A program made the position numbers and the translations under genes. Below the pieces are notes generated by a model, which was not told where the DNA came from, searched no databases, and worked only from the letters and a program-made list of their open reading frames with translations. A stretch of DNA of 64,000 bases from the human T2T-CHM13v2.0 reference genome, Homo sapiens: assembly GCF_009914755.1 (NCBI RefSeq), contig NC_060926.1; one strand, 5' to 3'. Positions 44,251-59,290 of the stretch are shown piece by piece (the first letter of the stretch is position 1; each line of letters begins with the position of its first letter).

Positions 44251-44420
44251 GCAGGATGAGCCACAAAATTTGAGAGTCCATTGCAAATAAAAATGTGGAG
44301 TCCTTATTCAAAATTAAGAATTTCAAGATGGTAGCAGTGGAGCATTAACCCAAGCACAACACAAGCTCAGCATATGGCACGGTGTGACTGCATAAGTTGT
44401 ATGCTGTTGAAGCCAGTTCT
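44251..44420. mobile_element. MER91A-like hAT MITE
   Basis: ttcaaaattaagaatttcaagatggtagcagtggagcattaacccaagc...gtgtgactgca...gaagccag. Confidence 0.6.
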
Positions 44421-47400
44421 TTTTAGGAGTATAAGTTTTGTGCTTATTTATTTTTGATGCTTCCTTTAGTAGATTCTACATTCAGGAATGAGCAGACAAG
44501 GCTGGAGGCAAAATTCTTCATTTATCTATGTGAGAAGCATAGTGGAGTCACCTTCCCCAGAGTATCCACACTTAATGACATGGTCTCTGGGGTATCAGAG
44601 AAGCTGTCTCAGCCTTGTTTTGCTGGCCAGGCCTGGTGCCAATCATGAACTGGGCTTGGTGATACACCAATAACCCTCAGAACCAGGAAGCAAAACTACC
44701 TGCTGACCCATGTAACTCCTTTCTCTTTTCCTTCTCTATTCCTCCTCAAGTGCTCCTCAATTTAGCCAAGGATATACCCTTGAGAACTATTCAGAATGTC
44801 CCATAAAGAGATGCTTGCCTCCTTTTTTTTTAATAAGCAAAGAGATAGAGTCCTAAGGACAGACACATTTCTTTATGCTAAAAATACTAGAAATACTCAT
44901 CCCAGTTAAAAAGTACTTTGACTAAATGATATAAAGTCAGACATTCAGCTTGATGTTTGTTTTTCAAAAATGAACACTAATAACAGAGAAAGACATTTTA
45001 TAAACTTTAAAAAATCCACTGGAGAAATTAAATAGTCATGTGCTGACCAACTATATTGCATTTATTTTTTGACCCACACAGACTGTTGAGTTTTATCCTG
45101 GTTCTACAAGTTATTAGCTGTGTGACCTTGAGCAACCTTCTTACTTTCTGCATGCCTCAGTATCCTCATATATCTCATAAGCTAATACTAGAAACAATGT
45201 AAATGGGTTTCATGCATCTTAATAACTCAAAACTACTTTTAATCAAAGGTTTAATGCATCTTAATAACGCAAGAAGCTTACCATAATCTGATTTATGGTA
45301 AGCTTTCAATTATAGTAGTGATAAAAGTAACTATCATCAGTATTATGTTGTCATTTTTATCTTCTCCTCAATGAGTTTAAAATCTCAGAGAAAATATGAC
45401 ATAGCTCAGTGCCTTGAACATAACGGCCATTCACTAAGTATTTGTTGAATGGGTTTATTTGTGTAAACTTTGTGGGACTTTTTTTAAATGGTAGATGAAA
45501 TACCCCTTGATATTAAATTAAGCCAAGTAGTTGATGAAAAGTAACTCCATCTTTTAATGCCTCCATTCACTAAGAAAGGTAAATATAAAGAAAACTCTGT
45601 CCTCCTGTTTTCATATTTAGCAGGATGGAATTTGGTAACCCCTACAGTTGGAGAACTTGAGTAACTCAGTTATCTGGATAACTATTTGGACAGCTTTTTC
45701 GCTCAGTTACATTGAAAATAAACTTCATGATGCATACAGCCTAGTAGAACAAAATGACCTAAGGTTAGCAGTGAATAACTTCCGAGTCCAAAGGAAATAG
45801 TTGGCTTAGAAATTGGGGGAACTCAAAACTTACTGAGTATTTAATTATAAAAAAACACAGATCTTGTCCTCAAGTGGATGTGACCTTGGAGAGTTGTTGG
45901 AAACACCCTCCAGAGACTTTTCTGCCATTTTCCTAAATGATAGCAAACTTATTCTATTATCTACAAAATAAATTTCAGTATTTCTCGATGCTTCACCTCC
46001 TGCTCTATTTCTTCTGGCCTATAAATATCATTGCCTATGCAAACGAATAAACAAGGTTAAAATCACCTACTTCATCTACTAAGAAACATTAAGCCTCTGT
46101 AGTTTTGTCATTGATTGTACCCATTTATGACAGACAAGGATAAATATCTCTTATGTAAATATATTTCAATGCGAAAAACATACATTTTAAGAATTATAAT
46201 TTACTTTTTAAGAAGAGAATTACATTTACAACACAGTAAAAATGAACACAAATTAAATAAATATATTTCTAGAAAAAATGTTCTAAAACTAGCAATCTTT
46301 AAATCTAATCTAGCTCAACTGGCAAGTTTAAGAAGTATAATAAAATAAGCCTAATACAATGAAAGTAACAATTCAGACTGTGATTTTATTTTTTTCAAAA
46401 GGTCAATTCCAAGGGATGCTTATCACATAACAGGACAGCTAGCAGATATAAAATTGAGTACTAAATAGTTCAATTTGCTTTTGAGTAAGCATTAAAAACT
46501 GAAAATGTATTCAGTGTTTGTGTAGTGTTAAAGAAAAGGGTTATACTGATTTATAGTAATACTCATTTAATGTATTTTCTGCAATACATACACAATGCCA
46601 AGTTGTCTGAATAAAAAAAAATCAAAAAGCATATGGGTCCTGAGCATTTGGATATTTACAAAATGTAAACTGATATTCCATAAACGAAGCCATGGATTAT
46701 AGTCACAAATGCATTTTTTTTAAAATTAAATATATCATTCCATGTCTAAATACACCACTGTAATAGTTATAGCATTTTTTTAATGAGGTCAAGAAGGATG
46801 TACATTTTTTCATAATTCAAGATCAATGAATTTACCTTTTACTTTCCATTTCTTCTTAACATAAGGATAGCTGAATATTATTAAGTACATGACTGAATTC
46901 ACAAAATTTAGTTCATCCTCAGTATTTTTGAGATATTCTAGTATAAACTTTTTCCAAAAGTAAGAAGCATATTAGAGAAAAAAAACCCTAAGTTTCTGCC
47001 TTTATTAAGTTTATTTATTTTTTCTTCCTTTCTTTTTACTGGGAAGTCATTATAATGCGTAGAAATCTATTTCTCAGTATTGTCAACTTTATGGACCTAT
47101 TTGCTTAAAGAAAACAAATTCTAAGAAATGTGACAATTGATGAATGGTAGCATCTCGTGTCTTGCTTTCTTTTTGTTTCTTTACATAATGATTGTTCAAA
47201 TGAAGGCTATGGACAAACTGTACATGATTATTAATGCATTCATCATGTGAACATTCGAATGCAATATATTTTTTCTAAGCAATGATATAATTATTAGCTA
47301 AACCCTTCTTTATTTGAATTTTAAGATTTTAATGACAGTGCTAACTTAATTGTTTTCTTTAATCATCACTGGATTATTTATTAAGCTAGCTTTTAGTCAG

Positions 47401-50400
47401 TAGCTTGAATTCTATGATTCTCTTTGACCATTTATTTTAGTAATTGAAAAATATTGGAATTAATTCTTTGAAGTTATCTTTGGGCAAATGTCTTCTGAAA
47501 TGAATGGCTCACCTTATGCTCCAGGAAATGTTCTAAAATGGCAATTGTCCAACTATAACAATAACTTAGCAATTAAATCTTAGGCCAAATTAACTTGGTT
47601 TATCTGAAGAGACAGTGTGTGAAGGTTCCTTGGAACTGGTCAAACCACTGATAGAAATGTTGAGTTATGTCTCTGTGCCTGTTTCTGGTTGATCTTCCTA
47701 AGGTAAGATTATGTTAGATTTTCTATTAGTAGGTTACAGTCAAGGACGATAACTTATACTAACACATCTAGAAGCATCTTCTCATGTGTGGCTATTCAAA
47801 TCTGGTTTATTTCTCATGATCTTGTTCACAGATGCTCCCAACCAGTTATCATCTGAGAAAACTGAGATCACTGAAGAATCATGGTATAATTTCCATTGGT
47901 AGACATATTTTTCCTCCCTATTATATGTTACTTCAACTGGCTCAGTGACCTGGAATTGCTTTATATAACCTTGGCATAAAATCTAAGAGAAACAGTAGAT
48001 TACATTTAAAAATATTGTATGTTTTAATCAAAGACAGGACATAATGTTTACAAGATGTTGCTAAAATTAGAGAACGGGGTGCAAAACATTCCTATACCAT
48101 GGCTCTATATTTTTAAAGAAGCACATATTATACCATGTGTTATATATTAAGTACATAATGTGCCAAGTATTATGTGCTATAAGGGCATTTAAGACATTAA
48201 TAAAACTTTTCTGTGAAAATTGAAATCCTAGGCTACTTTTATGTATTTTCTGTTTCCTTTAGCCTCCAAATATGAATACTATTTCTGATTAGGAACAAAA
48301 TGTTGTTCTGAAAGATATTCATTCTATTTTGAGAGTCAAAATTAGTAGGAAATTTAGCCTGTAAATTAATTTAAAATGTACATGATGTATTACAAATATA
48401 TGATCTAGTGTAGCTTTATCCTAAATATTGGTGGGATTGGTTTAAATTATATTTTACTTTTACCCACTTTTGATTTTTTAATCACAATAGCAAAGAAAAA
48501 ACATTGTAGAAATTATAGATGATGAATAGAAAAAAAAACTAAAAATTACCTCAATCTCACCAGCAGATATAAACATTTAGAGGGATATACTTCCAGAAAC
48601 ATAATAGAAAAGCAATTTTGTTATGAAGGTCCCTTGCCTGTTCCATAATTGATAACTCAAAAAAAATAGGAGATGCTGATTACTTCTTCACTGCCTATTG
48701 GCTGAACTAATTTTACTTAATTGATTGCATAAAGAATTTCTTGATTACCAATATATTATTTTTAGCAGTATAAAATTTCTCAGTTGATTTATTAAACAGA
48801 ATTTATTTTATGGGGTTTCTACAATTTTTATTTATTGTACTCATCATAATGGTCTAACTCCATATTTATCTGCCTATTTCAACACTATTAGGTGAATATG
48901 TCTGACTACTAAGAGAACACCTGCATTATTTGATTTAAAAATTTCTTTTTTATTTTCTTTACTAGAAACTTATAATTCATGAAAAATCTGTAAAAACAAC
49001 TTTAAGACATGTCATTACAGTATGTTTGTTCTATAATATTTTGGTTTTAATTTTTACATGCATAAACTACTTCCTTTGCGCCTACTGAAATGTAAAACAT
49101 TTTAGAATTCTTTAAGTTGTATAGAAGTTCATACTTATTTACACTGGAAACTTCCTGGTTCCAAAGCTGGTTGATTTCTCCATGTATTTGAAAATTTAAT
49201 GGGTGCACTTCACTAGAAACCTACATTCTTCGTAAGCAACATTTAAAAGGGATTTTGTTAACTCATATCTTAAATCACGCATTTCAAAAGCAATTTTAAC
49301 CATAACATTTATCTGTAGAAAAAGGCAATTGTCTTTGAAATTTAATTAATTTCAATAGTACTATGCATAAAATATTTCGAGTCTGTATTTAGACTGATAT
49401 CCTGGGAAGTGCAATTGGAGAGTGAAGAATTTCCACAATTGTATGAATGATGAACTCAAAGAACAAGTAATAATAAACAATCCAATTTTAAGTACATTAA
49501 AAATAAAGTAATTTAGCCTTTTAGTATTTCTTATTCATCTTCAGGAAAACTGTTTTCATAATGCATTTCTTATCCATCTTGCTTTTTGCTCACATTGTTA
49601 ATAAGTAAAAGAAGTGGATAAGAGTTCTGAGCACACAAAACATTTCAATCTCCAAATTCTTTGACCGTCCCCATGATTTAAAGAGCCTTGCCCACTTGAC
49701 TTATGTACCACATGTTAGCCAGTAATCTGTTGAACAGATTGTAATTCTCATGGGTATTTTATAGCTAAACTGAAAACAATTTTCAGTCAGACAACATATA
49801 GAAAAGATGCTTGTGTAGAAAGCTTGCTGCTCCTACATCTGCTCTGAGGAGAGTGTATCATGTGGCCTCTATTCTAATGACAGCTATTTGGATCACCAGT
49901 GGATCCAATTGGATCCAGCAACTGGATCATCTGCCACCAAAACTAAGATCTGGTGAGTAGCTTATGGGGCGACCTGAACTGAAAGATTTGTCCAACGGGA
50001 CAAGGATAAGTAATAGATTCACTAGATTCTCTTTCTAGAAAAGTCGAATATACAACATATAGAGAGTATACAGCCAGTGAAAGGGATGACAGAAAGAAAG
50101 AGAGAGAGCAGAAAGGAAGAAAAGGAGGGAGGAAGGCAGGGAAGAATACAGTAAAGGAAGGAAGAGAAGAAACTCAAAACAATGGAGGAAGTGGGGTATG
50201 TTTAGAAGCAGCTCTTCATAACGACAACAAATAAAAACATCTGGCCAACATGCTGTGTTCTCTTAGATTTGGGGATATTTGTATAAAAGAAACTCCCTTT
50301 TCACAGAAACTAATAAGAGAATATCAAGTTTAGAATGTTTCTTCTAAAACTTTCTTGGATTTTATAATACTTTTTACCTAGGCAATTGTTATAATGCCGA

Positions 50401-50748
50401 CTCTCAACAATTGAAGAGAATTTGATCAATTTGGTCAACACTCAAGAGTGTTGCATTACTTTGAGAGTCTCTGCAGTATCAATAATGCTTAACGTGAATA
50501 AATTAATAACTGTGCTTGGTTTCAACATGCATTCTTAAACTGCACAAGAGTAGTTTTTAGAATATCACAGCATTTTATATTTGCATATAAGCAATCAGTA
50601 GATTAATCATTCACTAAAATAGACCAAAGCAATCTACTTTTCAACCACTCACAGTATCATTCTGTTGCCTAATCCATGTAGTCATCTAAATATGCAATGA
50701 AAGCTGTATTCTTCTTTACAATTCTCATAAGTTTAAACATGTGGATAA

Positions 50749-51097
<349 letters not shown>

Positions 51098-52261
51098 TCA
51101 ATTTCGATATTATTCTAAAGACTCATTGCCATGTGCCAATACACTGCCTGTTTTTATTTGTTTTCTGTCAGAAATCTATGTTCATTCTTTACATTTTACA
51201 TGCAATTTTTTTTTAGATTTTTGCTGAAAATAATAATTTATAAACTTTCTTTTCATTCCCTTCACATATACTTTAAGTAAAACAACACAGAAACAACAAC
51301 AAAAAACAACGAGACTTCTGTTTTCTTTATTTATACTTTGAACTTCCCTTATTCCTTGAGCAGCTTCTATCCTAGGCAGGTGGATAGCACCAGTCACTGA
51401 CAGGCAATGACTGGCAGAACTCCACAAATCAAGTGACTGCTGTGTGAAGGCAGAGGCGAAAGACTCCCTTTTACAGTTTTCTGCTCTCAGGCATCAAGCA
51501 GCGACTCTAAACTGAATATTTACTTTATGTTAACAAGCTCCAGCCCCTAGAAATTTCCTCATATCTTTTTAAGTAGCTTCTCAAATGGCAGCCTGATCAA
51601 AGCAATCTAATATGGCTTAAGTGCCAGTGGTTGACATTTTGCATTCTTTTATTGCTTTCCATTTTTATCTACATAAAAATTGGTGATAACTAATATCCAT
51701 TTGATCTTTTCATTCTGGTAATAAAATGGTAATACAAAGATCTTATTATCTACTCCAGACATCCATCAAAGTACATTTTTCAAAAATATACTATGTGAAG
51801 TGTTTCTTCCCTATACCCAAGTCAAAAGCGAGGTTAAGTACTTGTCCTTAGATGCCCCTTCTCTCCAATACTTGGGCACTGGACTGCAAATAGGAATTGA
51901 ACTTCAGCCCTTGATGCTTTGTTCACACTAATGTTATATGTAATTGTGTTGTCTCTGCCTCTTAAATACACTATTTTCTGTGAGAAGCCAAAAGTACTTG
52001 GAAGGTCTGCTTAAATATTTTTTTTAACTCCAGAGTTTTTATTCTTCTAAGAAGACAAGAAAAAAGATAACGGAAGAAACAATACTGGAAATGAAGAAGT
52101 AAGAAGAGTGAATCTTAATAGAAAGAAAGGAAGTGCAGGTAGGTGGGAGAACAGACAAATGTAATAAGGCATAAAGAAAGCCACATAATGCAAACAAAAC
52201 AAGCCCCAGAGATCATGAGTTTATTAAATCTATTTTTATATGGATGCAGAAGTGTCCCTGA

Positions 52262-52735
<474 letters not shown>

Positions 52736-55700
52736 TTAAAGTAGTTACTGATATGACAATTAGGACTTACCTATAGTTGATAGGAGCAAGTTTAGTTTTC
52801 AAAATTTCAATGTATTTACACCTCAAAAGATTATAGGTCTAACGATTTTTAAGGTTACCAGAAGAAGAGAGAAAGAAAAAAATGGCACTACTTAATCATG
52901 CAGTACATCACAAAAAAGGCCAAATTTTCAGAAAAAAAATACATAGAAACACATAGCCTAATGAGTTTGGATGTATCGTTTGGAATTATTGGGCACCAAA
53001 CTTGAAATTGAGACCATCATTATAACTCTGAGATTGACATTAGGCTATGTGCTTTGGCAGATATAAAGAATGCAGAATGAGACTAATGTCCTGTACAGAA
53101 CCTACTAACAATGCACTTGAGAAAATTTCACAAGCAATAGAAAATTCTTTTTGCATTCTTTATCATTTTTAAATGACTTACTAAAGTCAATTAATACTAT
53201 GGACCAGGCAAGAGACTGTAAAACAGTCATCTTCTCATGCAAATAATTCACGTGCTAGTCACAAAAGCACCTTGTTCAATATGATTTAAGGTTTCAACAA
53301 TGATTTGTTAATATTTAGTTTTTGTTAGTACAGATTTCTTTGACGATTTTTAAAATAGCCTACAATTTGTGTTCCTTCGTTAATTCAGATAGTTTTTTCC
53401 TTTTTATGTTAAAAGAATGTGACTGTACAGTCCCTTCCCATCTACCCTTATTAAAGTATCCTTCACTGTCTAAGAAAGAAAGAGGAGGCAAGGGTAATCT
53501 GATTGTCCTTCTATTCCTATCCTGGACAGAGGAGAGTGGTGAGCCATGGATAATTCATTTCTGTGCTCACCTTGCAGCCCATGGATTTGGAAACACTGAC
53601 CTTAATCTAATCCCAAATTGTAGATAAACATATTTTAGCAATGGTATAAGCTAATGAGCATCAATAAACTGAGACTCGTCTGGGATTGTGTGCAGTCACA
53701 CTCTGTAATCTGCAAGATCAAAACATACATTTGGCAGTGAAATGGCCATTATTCAGAGAGACAGCTTTTTAAAGAAAGTACCCTATCTATAGCTGAAAAT
53801 AAGCTTTTTTATTTTTAAATGAAAAGAGGCTCTCTTCTTCCATTTAAGGATGCTTGACAGCTTTTCTTCCCGGGGGGGAAATGGTAGCAATAAGGAATTT
53901 GACAGAGATAATACTTGGAATTCAGATCTGGCCTTTCTCAGAGGAAATTTTAACAAAGGGCTGTGCCCTAACATGTCCATGGAAAACTCTGTCACTGCAT
54001 CTAAACTACTGACACAAGAGTGGCTGAAAAAGAAACATTCATTCAGGTTTGAATACATGTAGCTGGACCCTCTACCCTCCTCACCTCCCACCCATTTTTC
54101 ACTGGCAAAGATTAGATAGTCTGACACTATGTATATTTTCCATATAAAGTACAAATGCTGTAAACTTGGTGGTGGGGTAGGGAAAGAGAAAATGACTATA
54201 GGAAACAGCAGCACAATTTTAAGTAAAAGTAGAAAAGTGTTTCTGGGGAAGTTTCCATTCAAACGTAATAACTTAGAGTTTAATATTAGTCTTTAATGTA
54301 AGATAATCTTTTATGTTTTACTTTGTATATTTCTTGTGATAATTTTCTTAAAAGATATCAATTGAGGTATTTCATATTAATTTCACAATACAGTTGATAG
54401 CTTAGGTATGGCACAATTTTTAGAGATAATGGTGTTATCGGCTGTGATTTAATAAACGTACATTAATTTTCTCAGTCTCAGACAAACCTATGGCTCACAG
54501 AGGACACATGTAATAACTCAGTCTTTCATTAAACTGCAAGTTATACTGAGATACAGATATTGTTAATTTAGTTTTTATTGAGTACAAAATGCACTCCAGG
54601 TAGAAATCACTGCTCATGTAATCACTGTGTGTTAGGTTTGCATTATCTGGAATGTAAATTCCTCCCTTTCCTCAAAGGTGAGTCTTTTTTATGGAACTTG
54701 GGTTTCTTACTACACCTGCTCCCTATTCCCCAAATAAAACAGAGGCAAAGGAAATGAAAATGTTACCTGTTCATTGAATGTTCTTTCCAGTGACTGCTGT
54801 CAAGTTAAGGAATGTGCAGTCCTGTCCGATGTGTACACTGGAGGCTCACAATCATTAATTGAATTCAAGTATCACATACTCATTAAAAAGGGAAAACAAT
54901 TCACTAAACAGCAAAAACCTTTGTCCTCAAAGGTATTATTCTGTGGAATATCCAGAGGAAAAATAAGACTGTCCTCAATACCAGAGTCTCATGATATAAG
55001 CCAAATGGCAAACGAGTCTAACAAGGGTAATTATACTATAAACATACATTTAAAAAATCATTGATATAGCCACAGAATACAGAATCACATGTCATTTGAA
55101 TAATTTTCATTAATTGCTATACTTTGCATAGTTATATTTTGTAAATTCAAAAATTCATGCCTTGTTGCATGCTTCATATAAATAAAATAAAAAGAGTACA
55201 TAAGGTAGAGGTCTAGAAAGGAATATTGGTCCCCACAAGGATTTTCTAAGATGCAGGAGGGATCAAGAAAACCTACAGCCAGAGTGAGGCACAGATCTGG
55301 CTTTGGCAAAGAATATTTTGTGAGTTGCCACTTTGCCTGCATCTATGCCCCCAGCTGAAAGCAAACTGGACCTGGTATTAGATGTGCAAAATGTATATCC
55401 TTTTAGGAATGCATGGAGGAGATAGAGTTGGAGAGGAGATTACATATATTTGAAAAATTCCGCTTACGTGAGAGCTTTGACAGGTTATTTTCAGGAACTA
55501 TTTTGTTCGAGATCTTTTTAAATGCCTGGGATATTGGTTATAATTTATTAACTTAATTTTTAATAAGTCATCATTCTGTTACTTTTTTATTGGTCTGATT
55601 GAACAAACTCATTTTAATGTTATTTTTAAAAGAATATTAAATATATGTGGATAGAATTATGAGTTGTAAGAGGCACAGTGTTTGAAACAGTACGTATTTT

Positions 55701-56687
55701 ATTAGGAAAATAGTCTTGTTTTCGCAAGTTTAAGACCTCTATTTGTTCCTCAGAGGATGCCTTATTGCCACTTGAAAACATGGCCAATGCTGTGGGGAGT
55801 AGACTCCATCAACTCACATTCAGCATTGTTTTGAGAATAGAAAAAAATTCTTTACTGTGACAGTGAGAGATTAGAAATTTGTTAGAACCATTTTATTTAA
55901 ATTGCTCATGACTTTGTGTTGTGATCATTGGAGATTTCTTAATGTGATCAGCAAAACCTGGAAAGGAAAAACCTGAGCATTTATGTACACAAATAAATAA
56001 GTTTACACTTAAGATAATGCCACAACTCAAAATAAAATCACAGTCCTTATATCCTTTCAGATTTTCATCCAAATTCAAAGAAAACTCAGTCCATGCATCT
56101 TTTCAGACTCATCAGTTTGCATGCATGTCACAGATTTGAAGGGTTTTGGTTATTTTTGCAGAGATATGATTAGGATGTAAAAATTCATCATATAAACATT
56201 CTTAATGATCAAGGAAGAACGTTTTAGACGAGTAATTTTCTATGTCTATGTAAAACTTTAGATGGGTTTAATAGTAACTCTCGAAGTAAGAGGAATTAAG
56301 TATTTTTTTTTTTGTATTTGAGTTAAAAGATAAAGACAAAAGAAAATAAGACCCACAATATTTTCTCCTATTTGGTTATGAAGAGAACAACTGGAGTCTA
56401 AAAATGCCACTTGCAGTATCTAAATGTCTATAAGGTGCTGGCACATTCTGTTACAAAACACTTGTCACCTCTTTTTCCATATAGAGGTAGGAACTGCAGT
56501 GGGAAAGTCTTCAGCTGTACAAATTTAAAAATGAATTTTTACAACCCAGATGATGGACTGGTATACTTTAAAAGTGAGCTCATGAGTTTTATAAACACAT
56601 TTCTCTTGCTCTCTCTCTCTCTTTTTCTTGACTAGCTTACATCATAATGGAGGAATAACATTTTAAAAATTTTGAATAGGCACTTAC

Positions 56688-56714
56688 TGGAATTACAGTT
56701 AATCCTGATACAAT
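56688..56714 (-). CDS. NRXN1: NRXN1 alternatively spliced SS3 microexon (~exon 12), 27 nt, (D)CIRINCNS(S)
   Basis: Minus strand reads ttccccatctag|ATTGTATCAGGATTAACTGTAATTCCA|gtaagtg. In phase 1 this gives VNL-DCIRINCNSS-KGPETL, the known SS3 insert; skipping gives VNLGKGPETL. Confidence 0.96.
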
Positions 56715-58195
56715 CTAGATGGGGAAGAATAGATGAAAAATGAAAATTCATCCTTCAAGGTAATAGCTGCAGACATCCAATAAAATTACAGTCCACCCTT
56801 CCGGGGACAGACACATGCAAATATGGCCACTCCATATCATTATTCTTTACATACTTATAAAGCCCAGATGTTTTGTTATAAAAGTTTACCATTGGAAACA
56901 ACAATAGAAGGTTTTAAAAATGGCCAATTCAAACAAAGCTACATGGTGACAAATCTAAGTGAAGTAAAGAATTGTTAAATGTCAAAGATGTTTGGCTTAG
57001 ACTGGCTGCAACTTTCTCCCCATCTGTGAAAGAACATATCATTGTTTTCCGCAAAATGTAAAAGTGCTCCGTCACAATGGGGTACAGTGCAGGTTCAGCT
57101 AGGCTCAGACATCTTGGACCTCCGAAATCTAATATCCCACAAAGGCCAACAGAATCCTTCAGAATTGCAGTGGTCAAATGGAAAGCAAGTTAAAATTATT
57201 CTTATCTTACCCTAAGGGTTTTTGTTTTGTTTTTAAATTTTATTTGCTTGGGCATAAAAAGGTAACTGCCAGATGTTGGCTGGATTCCATACCTTGCGTT
57301 AATTGGAGGAGGAAAGAAACAACTGTATGTTTCCTTTAGAAACTCCAGTGGCTAAGGAGCAGTCATTATTCAAGGCACACAAGCCTATGCCTCTCTTAGG
57401 AGCTAACAGTGTTATCTCTGTGTAATAAGTGTCGTGGTTCCCTTGATTTTCCTTTCTTGATTTTCCCTTTCTTATATTTGCTTTATATAAAAGTAGCTAC
57501 TATAAGAACAGAACGTCTTGTATGGGTAACACAAACTGTAATTATAGTGGTTATTTTTAAAAGACTGTAGGATGTTTCATATTTATTTTATATGTATTTG
57601 TTGGTTTGGGTTTTATTATTTAATGCCTTTGGAGAACATAAAAAAATAAACCTAGATTCTGTTTCCATATAGCTGAGTTTGTCATGTGTCGTCAACCGCA
57701 TCAGAAAAGTGGTTGCAAACAGCCGAGGACCAGCACCTACACACCTCTTTCTACAGAATGCTTTGCTGTTCGAAAATTCTCATGAGTGTTTCCACTTTGA
57801 CTAACAGCAGCTTTACTGCATGCAATTAGGCGATTTGTTTTGATTGGCTTGTAATAACCTGTCATCGTCACTAGAGGGTACTCTAACAGAACAGTAAAGG
57901 AGAGTGCTCTGTGTTCTTAAAGTAGTATTTTTTTAACCTTAATATTTAACTTAATTTCACTAATATTAATTAAATATGATTATATGCAATAAGATACCAA
58001 TGGGATAATTTTATATTTTATGAGTTATCGTTCTGCCCAGCACAATTTGAAAATGTAGGTGGGGTTTCCACAAATGCCTTGCCTCATCACATTTTATTAC
58101 TCCTTTTTTGGGGTAAATCTATGTAGTTTCAAATTTCATTTTTCCCTCTCTGTTTATTCATTTCTATATACGTGTGTTTAACACTGTCAAAAATA

Positions 58196-58616
58196 CAGTA
58201 AAACCTCATTAATTTTGACTCCTCTTATTTTGAAATAATGATAACACTGAAAATTTGGGCAGAGTATTTATTCTTCCTTTGATATGAGCAAAGATCTCTT
58301 AAGAAAAAAAATTAAACTCATAAACAAACAAGACTTTGAAAAGCCAAGCGTGGGAAGAAAACTGATTTCCAATACTTCATGTTGATGGCATAGTTTGCAT
58401 GAAACGATGTGCTAATTATAATTAATTTTTATCCAACCATTAAAATCAGCCTAGAGAGCCCTTTCCGTGATAAGACTTTCCAAACTATTATGTTTTTGAG
58501 TATAATTTATAAAAATAAAAACTGCTTAAACAAATTTTAAAATCTGCAATTCAGACTTTTTCCTAATTCAGCCTGGTTTTTCCCCATAATTCATCCAGAT
58601 TGGTGAGGTTTTACTG
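58196..58616. mobile_element. Tc1/mariner (Tigger-like) non-autonomous element
   Basis: Perfect 13-bp terminal inverted repeats CAGTAAAACCTCA / TGAGGTTTTACTG flanked by TA on both sides; 421 bp. Confidence 0.75.
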
Positions 58617-59290
58617 TAATGGGTCTTTCTTAATGCTACAATTAAGCAGGAAAGCATTATCTTTCTGTAGAAGAGCCTGTGTCTCTAGTGTTCTCATGGC
58701 TGTTTGCTAAGGGCCGCAGACTTTGGGCATTGAAGGGCTGTGGATCGCTGTTTGATAGCAAAATACCACCACACAGTACTCCGAAACAGAAAAGACAGGG
58801 TACCACAAAGGTGATTATTCAAAGGAGAAGCCCATGGAGTAGAGTAAGAACAGCTCTTGATCTAGATAACAAAGCAGAAATTTGATATTTTGTGCAAATC
58901 CTTTCTAAGAAGACATGCTTTTATTTATCTGCAAGGATGTCACCTACAACCGATCCAAATGTCAGTGAATATATCAACAGAAAATTCAGCTTGAGGCAAC
59001 CTCAGGCTTAATAATTTATATTTTCAATTAACCTCACTGACAGACATGGCCTCTCTTTTAAGAACCCTCAGTGGTAGAAATCACAAAACAGTAAGTTATG
59101 TTAAACATAAAAAATAAAATAAAAAATAAAAAGATGCCCCCGAAAACCTCAAATTACTTTAAATGATGGAAATAAGACCATTAAGTGTTTTAATTTTCCA
59201 TGGCAAACAGGCTACTTGATCAATGTTTGCAGGCAAAATTGAACAAAAAGTAAAAAAGTGTTAGTTCAATGGGGGAAGGCAGGTTGTTAC

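Noticed and set aside
49888-49930. Four GGATC units in ~40 bp
   Set aside because: Too short and irregular for an array; no CRISPR-like repeat-spacer structure here or elsewhere in this eukaryotic window.
53783-54262. 159-aa minus-strand ORF and a possible cryptic exon at 53915-54023
   Set aside because: The acceptor is plausible but the donor (CAA|GTATTA) is weak, 109 nt would frameshift, and the ORF has no neurexin-like or other recognisable content.
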